A stretch of 64,000 nt of DNA from an uncultured Candidatus Saccharibacteria bacterium (GTDB lineage Bacteria > Patescibacteriota > Minisyncoccia > Phycocordibacterales > PALSA-1337). The notes under the pieces are model-generated. The model was given only the letters and a program-made list of their open reading frames with translations. It did not search any database and was not told where the DNA came from. The position numbers and the translations under genes were made by a program. The stretch is from assembly GCA_964412585.1 (NCBI GenBank), contig CAYPPJ010000001.1, positions 149,334 to 213,333 on the forward strand, written 5' to 3'. Within the stretch, counting starts at the first letter, position 1. Each line of letters begins with the position of its first letter. Shown piece by piece: positions 10,596 to 20,018 of this stretch.

Positions 10596-11210
10596 CTATG
10601 GCCGACTGTACCGAATTTCGTTTGCGTAAACACTCTGGACGCCATTCGTAACAGCAGCCGTGGCAGTATAGTAGTACACCACCCCCCATTCAAGTCCAGC
10701 AATCGAGCAAGAAGTCGTATTGCCGACGTCAATCGAATCGCTATATGAACGCGATTCAGTGCCCTTAAATATGTAATACTTCACAACTGCCGCATCCGGA
10801 GACGGGGTCCACGCAAGGTTGACCGTGTAGGTCGAGTCACCTGTCGTTGAAAAGGTCATGCTCGACATCGTACTCCATTGACCATTCGAATCCTGCACTC
10901 GAATCGAAAAGTAGTAATTAGTGTTTGGCGCTAGGCCGGTGACGATGGCCGTTTGAGTCATCCCCGGCAAGCCGGGGTCAGTAAGCCACTCAACTCTCGA
11001 CCGATGATTCCAGCTCAATATGTTGAATGGGCTGGTGTCATACCTAATGTCAAGATTGGTTAACGTCGCCACAGAACTAGGTGCCGTCCATGTCAGAATA
11101 ACACCGCCGTTGGTTTGACGGGCCAGCAAATCGGTCACGCGCGCTGGTGCCCCCAACAGTGCCAAAGACAGTAGGCAAAATCCACAGACAAAGAGCGAAA
11201 TTTTTTTCAT
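10596..11210 (-). CDS. Secreted protein with two fibronectin type III domains
   Basis: Signal peptide; LTWTAP...GLAPNTNYYFSIR and VNLAWTPSPD...DVGNTTSCSIAGL...YYYTATA...ANEIRY. Confidence 0.82.
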   Translation of the reverse strand: MKKISLFVCGFCLLSLALLGAPARVTDLLARQTNGGVILTWTAPSSVATLTNLDIRYDTSPFNILSWNHRSRVEWLTDPGLPGMTQTAIVTGLAPNTNYYFSIRVQDSNGQWSTMSSMTFSTTGDSTYTVNLAWTPSPDAAVVKYYIFKGTESRSYSDSIDVGNTTSCSIAGLEWGVVYYYTATAAVTNGVQSVYANEIRYSRP

Positions 11211-11402
11211 TCAGTACACTTTCAAAAAACCGATTTGCTCACAACGTACAACGTGAGTTCGTATTAATACTAGCGCGCTCGGACCAAATATTCAACACAT
11301 GTGATCTAAAAAGACCAGCGAGTGAGAGCTAGTATTTTCATGATAAATAATGTAATAATGACAATGGATTTAGCTTGAAAAACAACGTGTGGAAAGAATC
11401 TT

Positions 11403-12296
11403 ATGAGAAAAATCTGTTTGTCTGCAGGTGCGGCCCTGTGCCTAGCACTCTGCAACTTGTGTACGGACGTGCATGGCGGTGTGCCAACGCGTATTCCCAC
11501 TCGGGATGAACTCCTTGATTGGGCGGCCACTAACACTCCCAGTTCAACAAAAATCGTACTGCAAGAAAGTGCGAATCTGGGAAGTCTCAACACCTGTGGC
11601 ATGTCGAGCAACAATATGTGTTTCAAATCCTTCGCCGACTATCAATCGTTTGTGGCCAGCCAAGGCTTGAGATTGTTCAACTTTCTCGGCTGCATCGGAA
11701 CTGCGCACGAGATACGACTTAAGGTCGTCACCACGTTCAATACCATACATGACGAAGGCGGACTGTTTGGTGTGTCCATGCGATTCATTACCGATGTCAA
11801 TCTCGGTACATGGTCACAAGTCACCCCAAACTCGTTTTATGTCATGCCCACAGTGGTTCAACCGCTTGTGATACCAGTCTCCGGATTGACTGGCGCGACT
11901 ATCAGACACGGCGACAATTCACCCGTCTCTTTGTCGACAACAAGCGATGGCAACCTTGTCTTCAATGACACTCTTTCTTCCTCGAATGGAAGAGTCCGGG
12001 TATCGCTTACTTTTACCAATGGTGAAACAGCGACATACACCCAGAGAGGCCAGCAATTGGTGCCTCCGGAATTGATGTTAATTATCAATCCACCAGACCC
12101 ATATGACCAGCCTTCGCTTACGCTCAACGTGCGAGCGACACTCGGTGCAGACACGATCATTGAGAGCGCGACGAGCCTCGACGGTACTTGGACACCAATC
12201 GGCAGCATTTCTTGGGACGCGGACACGCAAGATTTTTGGCTCTACGTTCCGACCGAGACGAGTACTATGCAGTTATTTCGCGCGCACTCGTATTGA
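11403..12296 (+). CDS. Secreted hypothetical protein with C-terminal S-x-x-L-x-x-x-W...FR module
   Basis: Signal peptide; C-terminus TIIESATSLDGTWTPI...QLFRAH; GC hairpin plus T-tract at about 12314-12346. Confidence 0.75.
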   Translation: MRKICLSAGAALCLALCNLCTDVHGGVPTRIPTRDELLDWAATNTPSSTKIVLQESANLGSLNTCGMSSNNMCFKSFADYQSFVASQGLRLFNFLGCIGTAHEIRLKVVTTFNTIHDEGGLFGVSMRFITDVNLGTWSQVTPNSFYVMPTVVQPLVIPVSGLTGATIRHGDNSPVSLSTTSDGNLVFNDTLSSSNGRVRVSLTFTNGETATYTQRGQQLVPPELMLIINPPDPYDQPSLTLNVRATLGADTIIESATSLDGTWTPIGSISWDADTQDFWLYVPTETSTMQLFRAHSY

Positions 12297-12389
12297 TAAT
12301 GCGCAAAACGCCGGCCCCATAGCTACACTGGTAGGGGGGCTTTTTTATTATTACAAATGCCTTTACCTATAAATGATCTACTGACTACA

Positions 12390-12465
12390 TGGTGCCAAGG
12401 ACCAGGATCGAACTGGTGACCCTTCCCTCTTCAGGGGAATGCTCTACCAACTGAGCTACCTTGGC
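12390..12465 (-). tRNA. tRNA-Phe(GAA)
   Basis: GCCAAGGTAGCTCAGTTGGTAGAGC..., anticodon arm TTCCC-CTGAAGA-GGGAA, GTTCGATCC T-loop, encoded CCA. Confidence 0.96.
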
Positions 12466-12470
12466 AAACC

Positions 12471-12758
12471 CTAAGGTAAATAACTTTTGAATGTATCTAT
12501 CGTGTTCTGCGCACTGTTGATCTTTTGTTCAACACCATTGATACTTCCTGAAAGCTGACTATACGCATCCATCGTTGCGTTTATATACGGCTGGATAAGA
12601 TAGTAAGCTCCAAAACTCAAACCAATGATCGCAACCCAATAAAGTATGCGCATAACCGTCGAGAACCTGTTGGCTCGGCGCATAGCACGCAATATCTCAT
12701 TGTTCTCCTCAGCGAGCTTGTATGTCCGCTCGAGCAAGGAGCGCTCTTCATCGGTCAT
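12471..12758 (-). CDS. Small single-TM hypothetical protein (CPR-type)
   Basis: MTDEERSLLERTYKLAEENNEILRAMRR followed by a TM helix; start moved to ATG 12758, 6 nt behind a TATAGT box. Confidence 0.72.
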   Translation of the reverse strand: MTDEERSLLERTYKLAEENNEILRAMRRANRFSTVMRILYWVAIIGLSFGAYYLIQPYINATMDAYSQLSGSINGVEQKINSAQNTIDTFKSYLP

Positions 12759-12834
12759 AAAAACACTATAACAGAAAATATCATTGTCCGCAAAATATGC
12801 TATAGTTTTCTCGTTCAACTATATAGCGAGTCCT

Positions 12835-12909
12835 GCCCCCGTAGTTCAATGGATAGAACAGTTCCGTCCTAAGGAATAGATGTAGGTTCGATTCCTACCG
12901 AGGGCACCA
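12835..12909 (+). tRNA. tRNA-Arg(CCT)
   Basis: GCCCCCGTAGTTCAATGGATAGAAC, anticodon arm GTTCC-GTCCTAA-GGAAT, GGTTCGATTCC, ends ACCA. Confidence 0.92.
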
Positions 12910-14138
12910 TGAATACTCGAAGAAATGTTTTCCTGTGGGCATTGTATGATTTTGCCAACTCGATCATCTCTATCGTCTTTTTCCTGTACTTCTCACAATG
13001 GCTGGTTGTTGAAAAGGGTTTGTCGGATACCTGGTTCAACCTAACCTTCCCTGTATCATCAGTACTCCTCCTTTTTACGGTGCCCATCACTGGATTTTTG
13101 CTAGACAAATATGCCCGCCGCATTACCGGACTCCGCTACACCAGTATCGCGACCGCCATTCTTTATACTGCATGCGCACTCTCGACGATTTCAAACTACG
13201 AAATCCTAGCATTGGTATTTTTTATCATGGGAACCTATGTGTACCTTCTGACATTCACCTTTTATACACCTCTCATCAACGATATCGCCCCTGTCGAAAA
13301 AAGAGGTCGTATCTCCGGCTGGGGTATTGCTGCCAATTATCTGGGTCAATTTACTGGTCTCTTGTTCGTACTACCTTTTTCGAGCGGAGCGTGGAGTATC
13401 TTCCACGCATCGCCACGCGCAGAGACATTATTACCTGCTGTTATCTTGTTCACGATACTAATGCTCCCCATGCTCCTCTTTTTCAAAGAACCACTCCGTC
13501 CCACACACTCGTACCATATACGCAATGACCTCAAGGAACTATTTGCTAAAAGTAAGGAAGTATTCCTTTATCCTGGCGTTGCATTGTTCATACTTGCGTA
13601 TTTCTTGTTCAACGATGCGATTCTAACTTCTTCAAACAATTTCTCAATATTCCTTCAACAAGTGTGGGGTGTTTCGGACACAATCAAAACCTACATCCTC
13701 ATGGGTATCGTCATCACATCAGCAATTGGCGGACTTGTTTCAGGGCCACTTGCAGATAAGTTTGGGCACAAGAGAACATTAGTCTGGGTTCTGACTGGAT
13801 GGGTCTTTATTCTGCCGCTTGTCGCTTTTCTCACAAACTTTACGGTATTCATTATTGTGACAGTGATCATGGGCCTGTGGTTCGGTGCAAATTGGACGGT
13901 CTCACGATCAGTGATGTCCTATCTAGCTCCTCCACATGCGCACAATCTAACTTTCGCCTACTTTGGTCTTGTTGAACGAGCGTCTTCCTTTGTTGGACCA
14001 ATTGTCTGGAGTATAGTTCTTTTTTCAACTGCGCACGCAGGTAGTGATAAGTATCGATACGCGACACTTGCGGTGAGCCTATTTATTATTATCGGACTTT
14101 TTGTGTTGAGAAAAGTAAAAAGTGATCGAAACAACTAG
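12909..14138 (+). CDS. MFS transporter, UMF1/Atg22-like
   Basis: WALYDFANS motif, about 12 TM helices, GPLADKFGHKR loop. Confidence 0.88.
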   Translation: MNTRRNVFLWALYDFANSIISIVFFLYFSQWLVVEKGLSDTWFNLTFPVSSVLLLFTVPITGFLLDKYARRITGLRYTSIATAILYTACALSTISNYEILALVFFIMGTYVYLLTFTFYTPLINDIAPVEKRGRISGWGIAANYLGQFTGLLFVLPFSSGAWSIFHASPRAETLLPAVILFTILMLPMLLFFKEPLRPTHSYHIRNDLKELFAKSKEVFLYPGVALFILAYFLFNDAILTSSNNFSIFLQQVWGVSDTIKTYILMGIVITSAIGGLVSGPLADKFGHKRTLVWVLTGWVFILPLVAFLTNFTVFIIVTVIMGLWFGANWTVSRSVMSYLAPPHAHNLTFAYFGLVERASSFVGPIVWSIVLFSTAHAGSDKYRYATLAVSLFIIIGLFVLRKVKSDRNN

Positions 14139-14140
14139 TA

Positions 14141-15118
14141 TTATTCCTCCTCACTATCACCCACCTTCCCTGTCTTTTCAAACTCTTTGAGCGCGTCAGT
14201 GATAGGGTCAAATTTACCCGCGAGAATAGCTGGCAGATTGTGCCATGACTCTTTGATACGATGATCCGTCACACGATCCTGAGGGAAATTGTATGTACGA
14301 ATCTTTTCTGAACGGCTTCCTGTACCAATCTGACCTTTGCGATCTGCGGCAAATTTTTGCGCAGCTTTTTCTTCTTCGAGAGCCTCAAGCTTGGCAGTAA
14401 GTATCTGCATTGCCAATTCTTTGTTCGCACCCTGAGATCGTTCAGCCGTCGAACGCACATCGATACCTGTCGGTTTATGAATGAGACGAACCGCAGATTC
14501 AACTTTATTGACGTTTTGACCCCCTTTGCCGCCAGCACGCGAAAACTCCATCTCAAGATCCGCAGGATTGATCACAAACTTGGACTTCTTGCGAATAGGC
14601 ATGATAGCCACGGTCACGGTTGATGTATGGACACGCCCCATCTTTTCAGTTTCTGGCACACGCTGGACACGATGAACGCCAGTCTCCCAACGCAGTGTTT
14701 CAAAAGCATCTTTTCCACGGAATTCGAGCGATGCTTCTTTGTAACCACCCAAATCATTTTTTGATTCATCAATAATCTTCATCGTCCACCCCTTGCTCTC
14801 GCCATAGCGCTTGTACATGTCCATGAGCTCTGCGGCAAAGAGCGCTGCCTCATCACCACCGGCTCCTGCGCGAATTTCGAGAATCATTTCCTTTGGTTTC
14901 TCTTCTTCGACAACATCGGCAGCAATAATAGCCGCCATCTCTGTTTCCAGCGACTTCTTTTGTTCCACAATGGATGCGAGTTCATGCTCGGCCATGTCCT
15001 TCATGGAAGGGTCAGCTTCGATCATGCCACGAACCTCTGCTTCGTCCTTCATGAGCTTTTCATACAACCCAGCCATAAATGCGGTCTTAGGATTTGATTT
15101 GTAGGTATCAAGATTCAT
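14141..15118 (-). CDS. prfA: Peptide chain release factor 1
   Basis: [22 protein letters not shown] (PxT motif), [29 protein letters not shown]. Confidence 0.95.
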   Translation of the reverse strand: MNLDTYKSNPKTAFMAGLYEKLMKDEAEVRGMIEADPSMKDMAEHELASIVEQKKSLETEMAAIIAADVVEEEKPKEMILEIRAGAGGDEAALFAAELMDMYKRYGESKGWTMKIIDESKNDLGGYKEASLEFRGKDAFETLRWETGVHRVQRVPETEKMGRVHTSTVTVAIMPIRKKSKFVINPADLEMEFSRAGGKGGQNVNKVESAVRLIHKPTGIDVRSTAERSQGANKELAMQILTAKLEALEEEKAAQKFAADRKGQIGTGSRSEKIRTYNFPQDRVTDHRIKESWHNLPAILAGKFDPITDALKEFEKTGKVGDSEEE

Positions 15119-15191
15119 AGAAATGAATAAAAGGGATTAGGAATTGTGAATTAAGAATAACACAAAAGGAACAGCCTTGGGTGCGGCTATT

Positions 15192-15220
15192 CTAATCTCT
15201 AATTACTAATCTCTAATCTC
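15192..15220. repeat. Short tandem heptamer repeat (CTAATYW x4)
   Basis: CTAATCT CTAATTA CTAATCT CTAATCT across the rpmE stop; a GAATT-type triplet also lies at about 15141-15161. Confidence 0.5.
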
Positions 15221-15476
15221 TATTTTTTGTAGCTTTTGCCTGGCGGTTCTTGAACTTTTCGACGCGGCCCGCAGTGTCGATGGTCTTTTCCTGATTTGTG
15301 TAGAAAGGATGAGAAGCACTTGAGATTTCGACATAGTGCACCGGATATTCCTTGCCATCAGTCCACTTGGCGTTTTCCTTGGTAGCAATAGTTGAGGCAA
15401 TCAAAAACTTCGCGCCGCTTGAGTTGTCGGCGAAAATAACAGGGCGATAGTTGGCTGGGTGAATGTCTTTTTTCAT
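15213..15476 (-). CDS. rpmE: 50S ribosomal protein L31 type B (no CxxC)
   Basis: [15 protein letters not shown]...[12 protein letters not shown]...DTAGRVEKF; start moved to ATG 15476. Confidence 0.95.
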   Translation of the reverse strand: MKKDIHPANYRPVIFADNSSGAKFLIASTIATKENAKWTDGKEYPVHYVEISSASHPFYTNQEKTIDTAGRVEKFKNRQAKATKNRD

Positions 15477-15544
15477 GGGTGATAATGTAACACGTTCAGG
15501 ACATGAGCGCAAGCGCGGCCGACCCATGCTATAATAACGCCGAC

Positions 15545-16711
15545 ATGAATAGCGTTCCTCGTTCACACACCATCTACACTATTGCCGTCATCGGTTTCAT
15601 CTATACCCTGCACATGGTATTGCCGATGTACTCGAACTCTAGTTTTCTTTCATTATTCGCAGACGAACAGACGGTCGGCTTCATCTACATGGCAAGTGCC
15701 GCAGTCTCGATTTTTTTCTTTCTCTTTGCCTCCTCTATTATCCGCCGCTTTGGTAATTACGCTACCTCCATCACTCTCGTCTGCATTCAGATTGTCCTTT
15801 TCTATGGACTAGTTACCGCACAATCAACAACCACAATTGCCATTTTATTCATCTTGCAATCAGCGGTTGTATCACTCATCAGCCTTACTCTTGATATTTT
15901 TCTCGAAAAATACACTGACGGAGGCCATGCGGGCACCATTCGCGGTCTCTATACGACAACACTCAACGCATCCTGGCTCATTGGTCCCATGATCGGCAGT
16001 ATGCTCATCAATGGCATGGATAATTACCGTAATACCTACATCGCAGCACTTGCGATGCTCTTTCCTTTGCTCTATCTGATTCACAAGAACTTTCCTCGTT
16101 TCAAGGATCCAAACTACATCCACCTGTCACCATGGCAGCTCATCAAACATATTTCATCAAACAAAAACTGGAGTTGTCTCTTTTTTGCCAATATCATCCT
16201 CCAAACATTCTACGCGTGGATGGTCATCTATAGCCCGATCTACCTCAACACCGTTATCGGCTTCGGCTGGAGTGATATCGCCATTATCCTGACCATCATG
16301 CTCATTCCTTTTGTGATAGTGCAGTATCCTCTCGGCAAGCTCGCCGACCGAAAATATGGAGAAAAGGAAATCATGATTATTGGCTTTGTTATCATGGCTA
16401 TTGCAACGATGGTTCTACCGTTTATTACTTCAACAAATGTAGCCATCTGGGGTATCGCTCTCTTCATGACACGCGTCGGTGCAGCAGCGGCAGAAATAAT
16501 GATGGAAACGTATTTTTTCAAAACTGTCTCTTCACGCGATACGGCCGTGCTCGGCTTATTCCGCATTACTCGACCGCTCTCAAACTTCATAGCACCTCTC
16601 GTCACTGGTTTTGGGCTGATCTTCATGTCACACAATTATCTGTTCATCCTGATTGGCATAATCTCACTTGTTGGCATTATTCCGGCGATGATGATAAAGG
16701 ATACAAAATAG
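15545..16711 (+). CDS. MFS transporter
   Basis: About 12 hydrophobic helices, [16 protein letters not shown] motif; start moved to ATG 15545. Confidence 0.85.
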   Translation: MNSVPRSHTIYTIAVIGFIYTLHMVLPMYSNSSFLSLFADEQTVGFIYMASAAVSIFFFLFASSIIRRFGNYATSITLVCIQIVLFYGLVTAQSTTTIAILFILQSAVVSLISLTLDIFLEKYTDGGHAGTIRGLYTTTLNASWLIGPMIGSMLINGMDNYRNTYIAALAMLFPLLYLIHKNFPRFKDPNYIHLSPWQLIKHISSNKNWSCLFFANIILQTFYAWMVIYSPIYLNTVIGFGWSDIAIILTIMLIPFVIVQYPLGKLADRKYGEKEIMIIGFVIMAIATMVLPFITSTNVAIWGIALFMTRVGAAAAEIMMETYFFKTVSSRDTAVLGLFRITRPLSNFIAPLVTGFGLIFMSHNYLFILIGIISLVGIIPAMMIKDTK

Positions 16712-16713
16712 TC

Positions 16714-16742
16714 AAAAAGAGCCCTGAATAGAGGGCTTTTTT
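16714..16742 (+). terminator. Intrinsic terminator
   Basis: AAAAAGAGCCCT-GAATAG-AGGGCTTTTTT. Confidence 0.7.
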
Positions 16743-16756
16743 GTGGGAACCAATAT

Positions 16757-16785
16757 TTGACAACTAGTCTTATTTATGCTAAAAT
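16757..16785 (+). promoter_or_regulatory. sigma70 promoter
   Basis: TTGACA-N17-TAAAAT with extended TG. Confidence 0.72.
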
Positions 16786-16843
16786 AGTTTCGAACCTTTA
16801 ACTTCCCCAAAACGGGGATATTCAGATACGGAAAGACAGAACT

Positions 16844-18019
16844 ATGAAAATGAAATCAATCGTTGTAGCAATCCTGGCGTTGTCGCTTTTCAGCGCAGTC
16901 GCCCAAACACCCGTCAACATTACGCTAGCCAAAAAGGCGGCGTATATTGTCAGCTTCCCAGCGGAGGCTGGGGTCGAATACACCATCCAGTCCTCGACGA
17001 ACATGTCGGATTGGATGAACGTCACCTCAATGCAAACGACAGGAGGCACAGTCTCCTACACGGATGTCGTTGACGATCATGGGCAAGGGTTTTACCGCGT
17101 GATAGCTTCGGCGACTACCGGTAGTATCCTTGTGAAACTGGATACGGCGCTTTCGCCGCCAGCTCAGATCGTGCACATATCAACCACCTCAGAAACGGAC
17201 CTGGTTCCCCTGGCGGTGTTTGATGTAAAGTCAGTTGGGAAAAATGGCACGTTAAGCACGATGAATATACAAGTCGCAACCACCGGCACGAATGTGATCA
17301 ACATGTTTACCGACATCAAGATCAAGGCCGGCGGGTCAACATATTCCGCAGACCTAATCGTCGGGAGTATTGCCCACTTTGCGAATTTGGTAATCCCCCT
17401 GCCACAAGATCAATTCCTTCCGATCACTGTGTACGGTCGAGTGGCACGAAATGTCGGCAACATGCTCGAAGGTGCGACTGCACAGGTCTCACTCGTGGCA
17501 TCCGCTGACCTCCACAATCCATATGTCATGGATGCGCAATTCAATACTATGCCGGTCAATAATTCAGTCAGTGTCGGCGCAGTAATGACCTTTGCGTCTC
17601 AAGCTGCTATTACTAGCAACTTGACGACCTCGAGCATTCCGCTCGTGAACGTGTCCAACGTGCTGTCGTACGCCGTAGGCTTCGGATATACACTGACCGC
17701 AGCAGACTCAACTCTGTACGTCAGCAAAAATCCGACTGATGCTGCAACATTCTCAGTTGGAGTCGCATCGGTGCTCGGCGGATGGTCAGGCATGGTGACG
17801 ACACCAAACGTACTTGCTGGTGACACGGTGGATTATTTCGTAGTCCCAGCTGGAAGCAGCCGATCGTTCGTGATCGCTGCCAACCTGAGTCACGTTGGCA
17901 ACGGCATAGGTTCGGCGCAAATCAACGCGCTTAACTTCGGCCTGTCATCAGGAAATCTCACTGGGTACTCCGTCACCTACGGGCTCAGCACCCTCAATGT
18001 GACCCAGGTGTTTCCGTAA
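16844..18019 (+). CDS. Secreted beta-rich protein with N-terminal YTIQSSTNMSDW...FYRV module
   Basis: Signal peptide; module at about residues 33-88; then a Thr/Ser/Val-rich S-layer-like region. Confidence 0.78.
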   Translation: MKMKSIVVAILALSLFSAVAQTPVNITLAKKAAYIVSFPAEAGVEYTIQSSTNMSDWMNVTSMQTTGGTVSYTDVVDDHGQGFYRVIASATTGSILVKLDTALSPPAQIVHISTTSETDLVPLAVFDVKSVGKNGTLSTMNIQVATTGTNVINMFTDIKIKAGGSTYSADLIVGSIAHFANLVIPLPQDQFLPITVYGRVARNVGNMLEGATAQVSLVASADLHNPYVMDAQFNTMPVNNSVSVGAVMTFASQAAITSNLTTSSIPLVNVSNVLSYAVGFGYTLTAADSTLYVSKNPTDAATFSVGVASVLGGWSGMVTTPNVLAGDTVDYFVVPAGSSRSFVIAANLSHVGNGIGSAQINALNFGLSSGNLTGYSVTYGLSTLNVTQVFP

Positions 18020-18039
18020 CAGCTCCTTCTGTTTCAACC

Positions 18040-18076
18040 AAACCCCGTGCAGTTCGCTGCCGGGGTTTGACTTTTT
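18040..18076 (+). terminator. Intrinsic terminator (probably bidirectional)
   Basis: AAACCCCG-TGCAG-TTCG-CTGC-CGGGGTTT followed by a T-tract. Confidence 0.75.
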
Positions 18077-18530
18077 ATAGCTCGACTCTTTTGACGTATG
18101 TTGTCAGGTATTTATGAACATGCCCTTGAAGTTTCTGGATAGCATTATCAAGTGAGACGAATTCCGATGGAGTCATGAGTGTGTAGCCCAGCCCTTCATT
18201 ACCGAACACAATATCTTTTTCAGTCAGTGGCAGATGTCTTGTCGCAAAGAAATAACCAAAATCATTTGGCTTGGAAATACTCTCGTATTGATGAGCGTAT
18301 ACAATGTCGGCCTTTTCAATATGAATACCAATCTCCTCAAACACCTCCCTCTTGAATGTTTCAAATGGAGATTCCCCTTCCTCTCTCATGCCACCTGGCA
18401 GGTCCATCATCAGAGGAAACAGTTTTGCTTTGTCGTCTCTCTGATTCACTACCATTTTGTCGCCAATAAAAACTATACCCTTTGATCCGACAAACTGTAT
18501 ATCGTTACGAAAAATATGTTGATCAATCAT
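18075..18530 (-). CDS. NUDIX hydrolase
   Basis: Nudix box GGMREEGESPFETFKREVFEEIG. Confidence 0.9.
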   Translation of the reverse strand: MIDQHIFRNDIQFVGSKGIVFIGDKMVVNQRDDKAKLFPLMMDLPGGMREEGESPFETFKREVFEEIGIHIEKADIVYAHQYESISKPNDFGYFFATRHLPLTEKDIVFGNEGLGYTLMTPSEFVSLDNAIQKLQGHVHKYLTTYVKRVEL

Positions 18531-18535
18531 AGTGT

Positions 18536-19306
18536 TTATTTTTTTGCTTCAACACACAAAAACATCGGAATCTCTTTCCTCATCCTATCTTCTTCCTCGG
18601 CACGCGGCCCAGGCTGACTTTTTTTGTGGGAAATCCATTCTTCAAGACGCACGACCGAGAGCCCTGCTTTAGTGAGTGCCTTAAAATACGACTGCAACGG
18701 GCGATGAAATGAAACTGTGAATTTTTTCTTCTTGGCATCTTTTTCTCCGGGAGTCATATCTATCTTGGTACGGTTATCTGACATATATGAATCGAGGCGA
18801 CGGGATTGGACCGATTTGTTTTCATCCCAGACCCACTCAGACCCGCCCGGAATACGAAATGCAGGGTGATTGATGACAAATATGAGGCGGCCGCCGGACT
18901 TGAGAGCACGAGATGCCTCGGCAATGGCTCCAGCGAGATTTTCTATATTTTGAAGTGCCAAGGTGATGGTTGCCACATCTACTGATCCATTTTCGATAAA
19001 TGAAAGGTTATCGGCCGGCGCAACATAATATTCAACATCTCCACCCGCCACTTTTTGTACTTGAGCTTTCTCGATGAGTTCAATGGAAATATCACAGCCT
19101 ATCACTTTTGCTCCGGCCGCTGCATACGCGCGAGAAAAATAACCCTGGCCGCAGGCTATATCAAGAATGGTCATTCCCTTCTTTGGTTCGATGAGACGAA
19201 GAATATTCGGCATGATCACATTCTTTTGATACGAATCAGCACTCTGTTCGAGGAGATTGTCGTACCATTCGGCCACACTGCCCCATGAGGTTGAAGTAGG
19301 TTTCAT
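18536..19306 (-). CDS. Class I SAM-dependent methyltransferase
   Basis: ILDIACGQG motif I, VIGCDIS, LKSGGRLIF. Confidence 0.9.
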   Translation of the reverse strand: MKPTSTSWGSVAEWYDNLLEQSADSYQKNVIMPNILRLIEPKKGMTILDIACGQGYFSRAYAAAGAKVIGCDISIELIEKAQVQKVAGGDVEYYVAPADNLSFIENGSVDVATITLALQNIENLAGAIAEASRALKSGGRLIFVINHPAFRIPGGSEWVWDENKSVQSRRLDSYMSDNRTKIDMTPGEKDAKKKKFTVSFHRPLQSYFKALTKAGLSVVRLEEWISHKKSQPGPRAEEEDRMRKEIPMFLCVEAKK

Positions 19307-19363
19307 GCGGATAAAATAGCACATATTGCCTCGGATTCATACCTATGTTACAATCTTCTACCT

Positions 19364-19612
19364 ATGATAAATGCAGAAGTAACCCGCAATCCGAACGAAA
19401 ACGCCCTGGGCGTTATTCGACGTTTTACTAGAAAGGTCCAAGGATCAGGCATCATCCAGCGCAAGCGCAGCATCCGTTTTGCCACTCGCGTCCAATCTTC
19501 ATACAAAGTCAAGCAGCGTGCCCTCAAGCTCATGAAGCGCCGCAGCGATCTCGCAGAGCTCGTGAAGCTCGGCAAGGCTCCAGTCAAGCCAGAGCGTGGT
19601 GCCAAGAAATAA
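19364..19612 (+). CDS. rpsU: 30S ribosomal protein S21 (CPR-type)
   Basis: Basic 82-aa protein, EVTRNPNENALGVIRRFTRKVQGSGI; directly upstream of ybeY. Confidence 0.75.
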   Translation: MINAEVTRNPNENALGVIRRFTRKVQGSGIIQRKRSIRFATRVQSSYKVKQRALKLMKRRSDLAELVKLGKAPVKPERGAKK

Positions 19613-20009
19613 AGCGGTGAAGAAAGGTTCTGCAACATTCTCTCTCATCAACGAAACCGACAGTCACATTCCGGCTGTCGATTTTGTTGCCATCAAAGAT
19701 GCCGCGCTGGGCACATCATATACGCTTAACCTTATTTTCACTGATTCAGCAAAAATAAAAAAACTCAACACTATATATAGAGATAAAGAATGTGCCACTG
19801 ATATTTTGAGTTTCCCTCTTTCAGACACTGAAGGTGAGATCTATATTTCCGAAAAAGAAGCACGAAAGGAGGCGCAAAAATTTGATCGCGAATACGATAA
19901 TTTTATCGCATTTCTATTCATCCATGGTTGTACCCATTTGAAAGGACATGACCATGGGGATATAATGGAGGGCATAGAACTCACACTTCGCACGAAGTTC
20001 GGAGTCTAG
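19596..20009 (+). CDS. ybeY: rRNA maturation endoribonuclease YbeY
   Basis: LNTIYRDKECATDILSFP, GEIYIS, HGCTHLKGHDH. Confidence 0.93.
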   Translation: MVPRNKAVKKGSATFSLINETDSHIPAVDFVAIKDAALGTSYTLNLIFTDSAKIKKLNTIYRDKECATDILSFPLSDTEGEIYISEKEARKEAQKFDREYDNFIAFLFIHGCTHLKGHDHGDIMEGIELTLRTKFGV

Positions 20010-20018
20010 CTTCTCTTC

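Noticed and set aside
15141-15220. Heptamer repeats near prfA/rpmE as a functional array
   Set aside because: Only 3-4 degenerate units with no spacers; too short to support a function.
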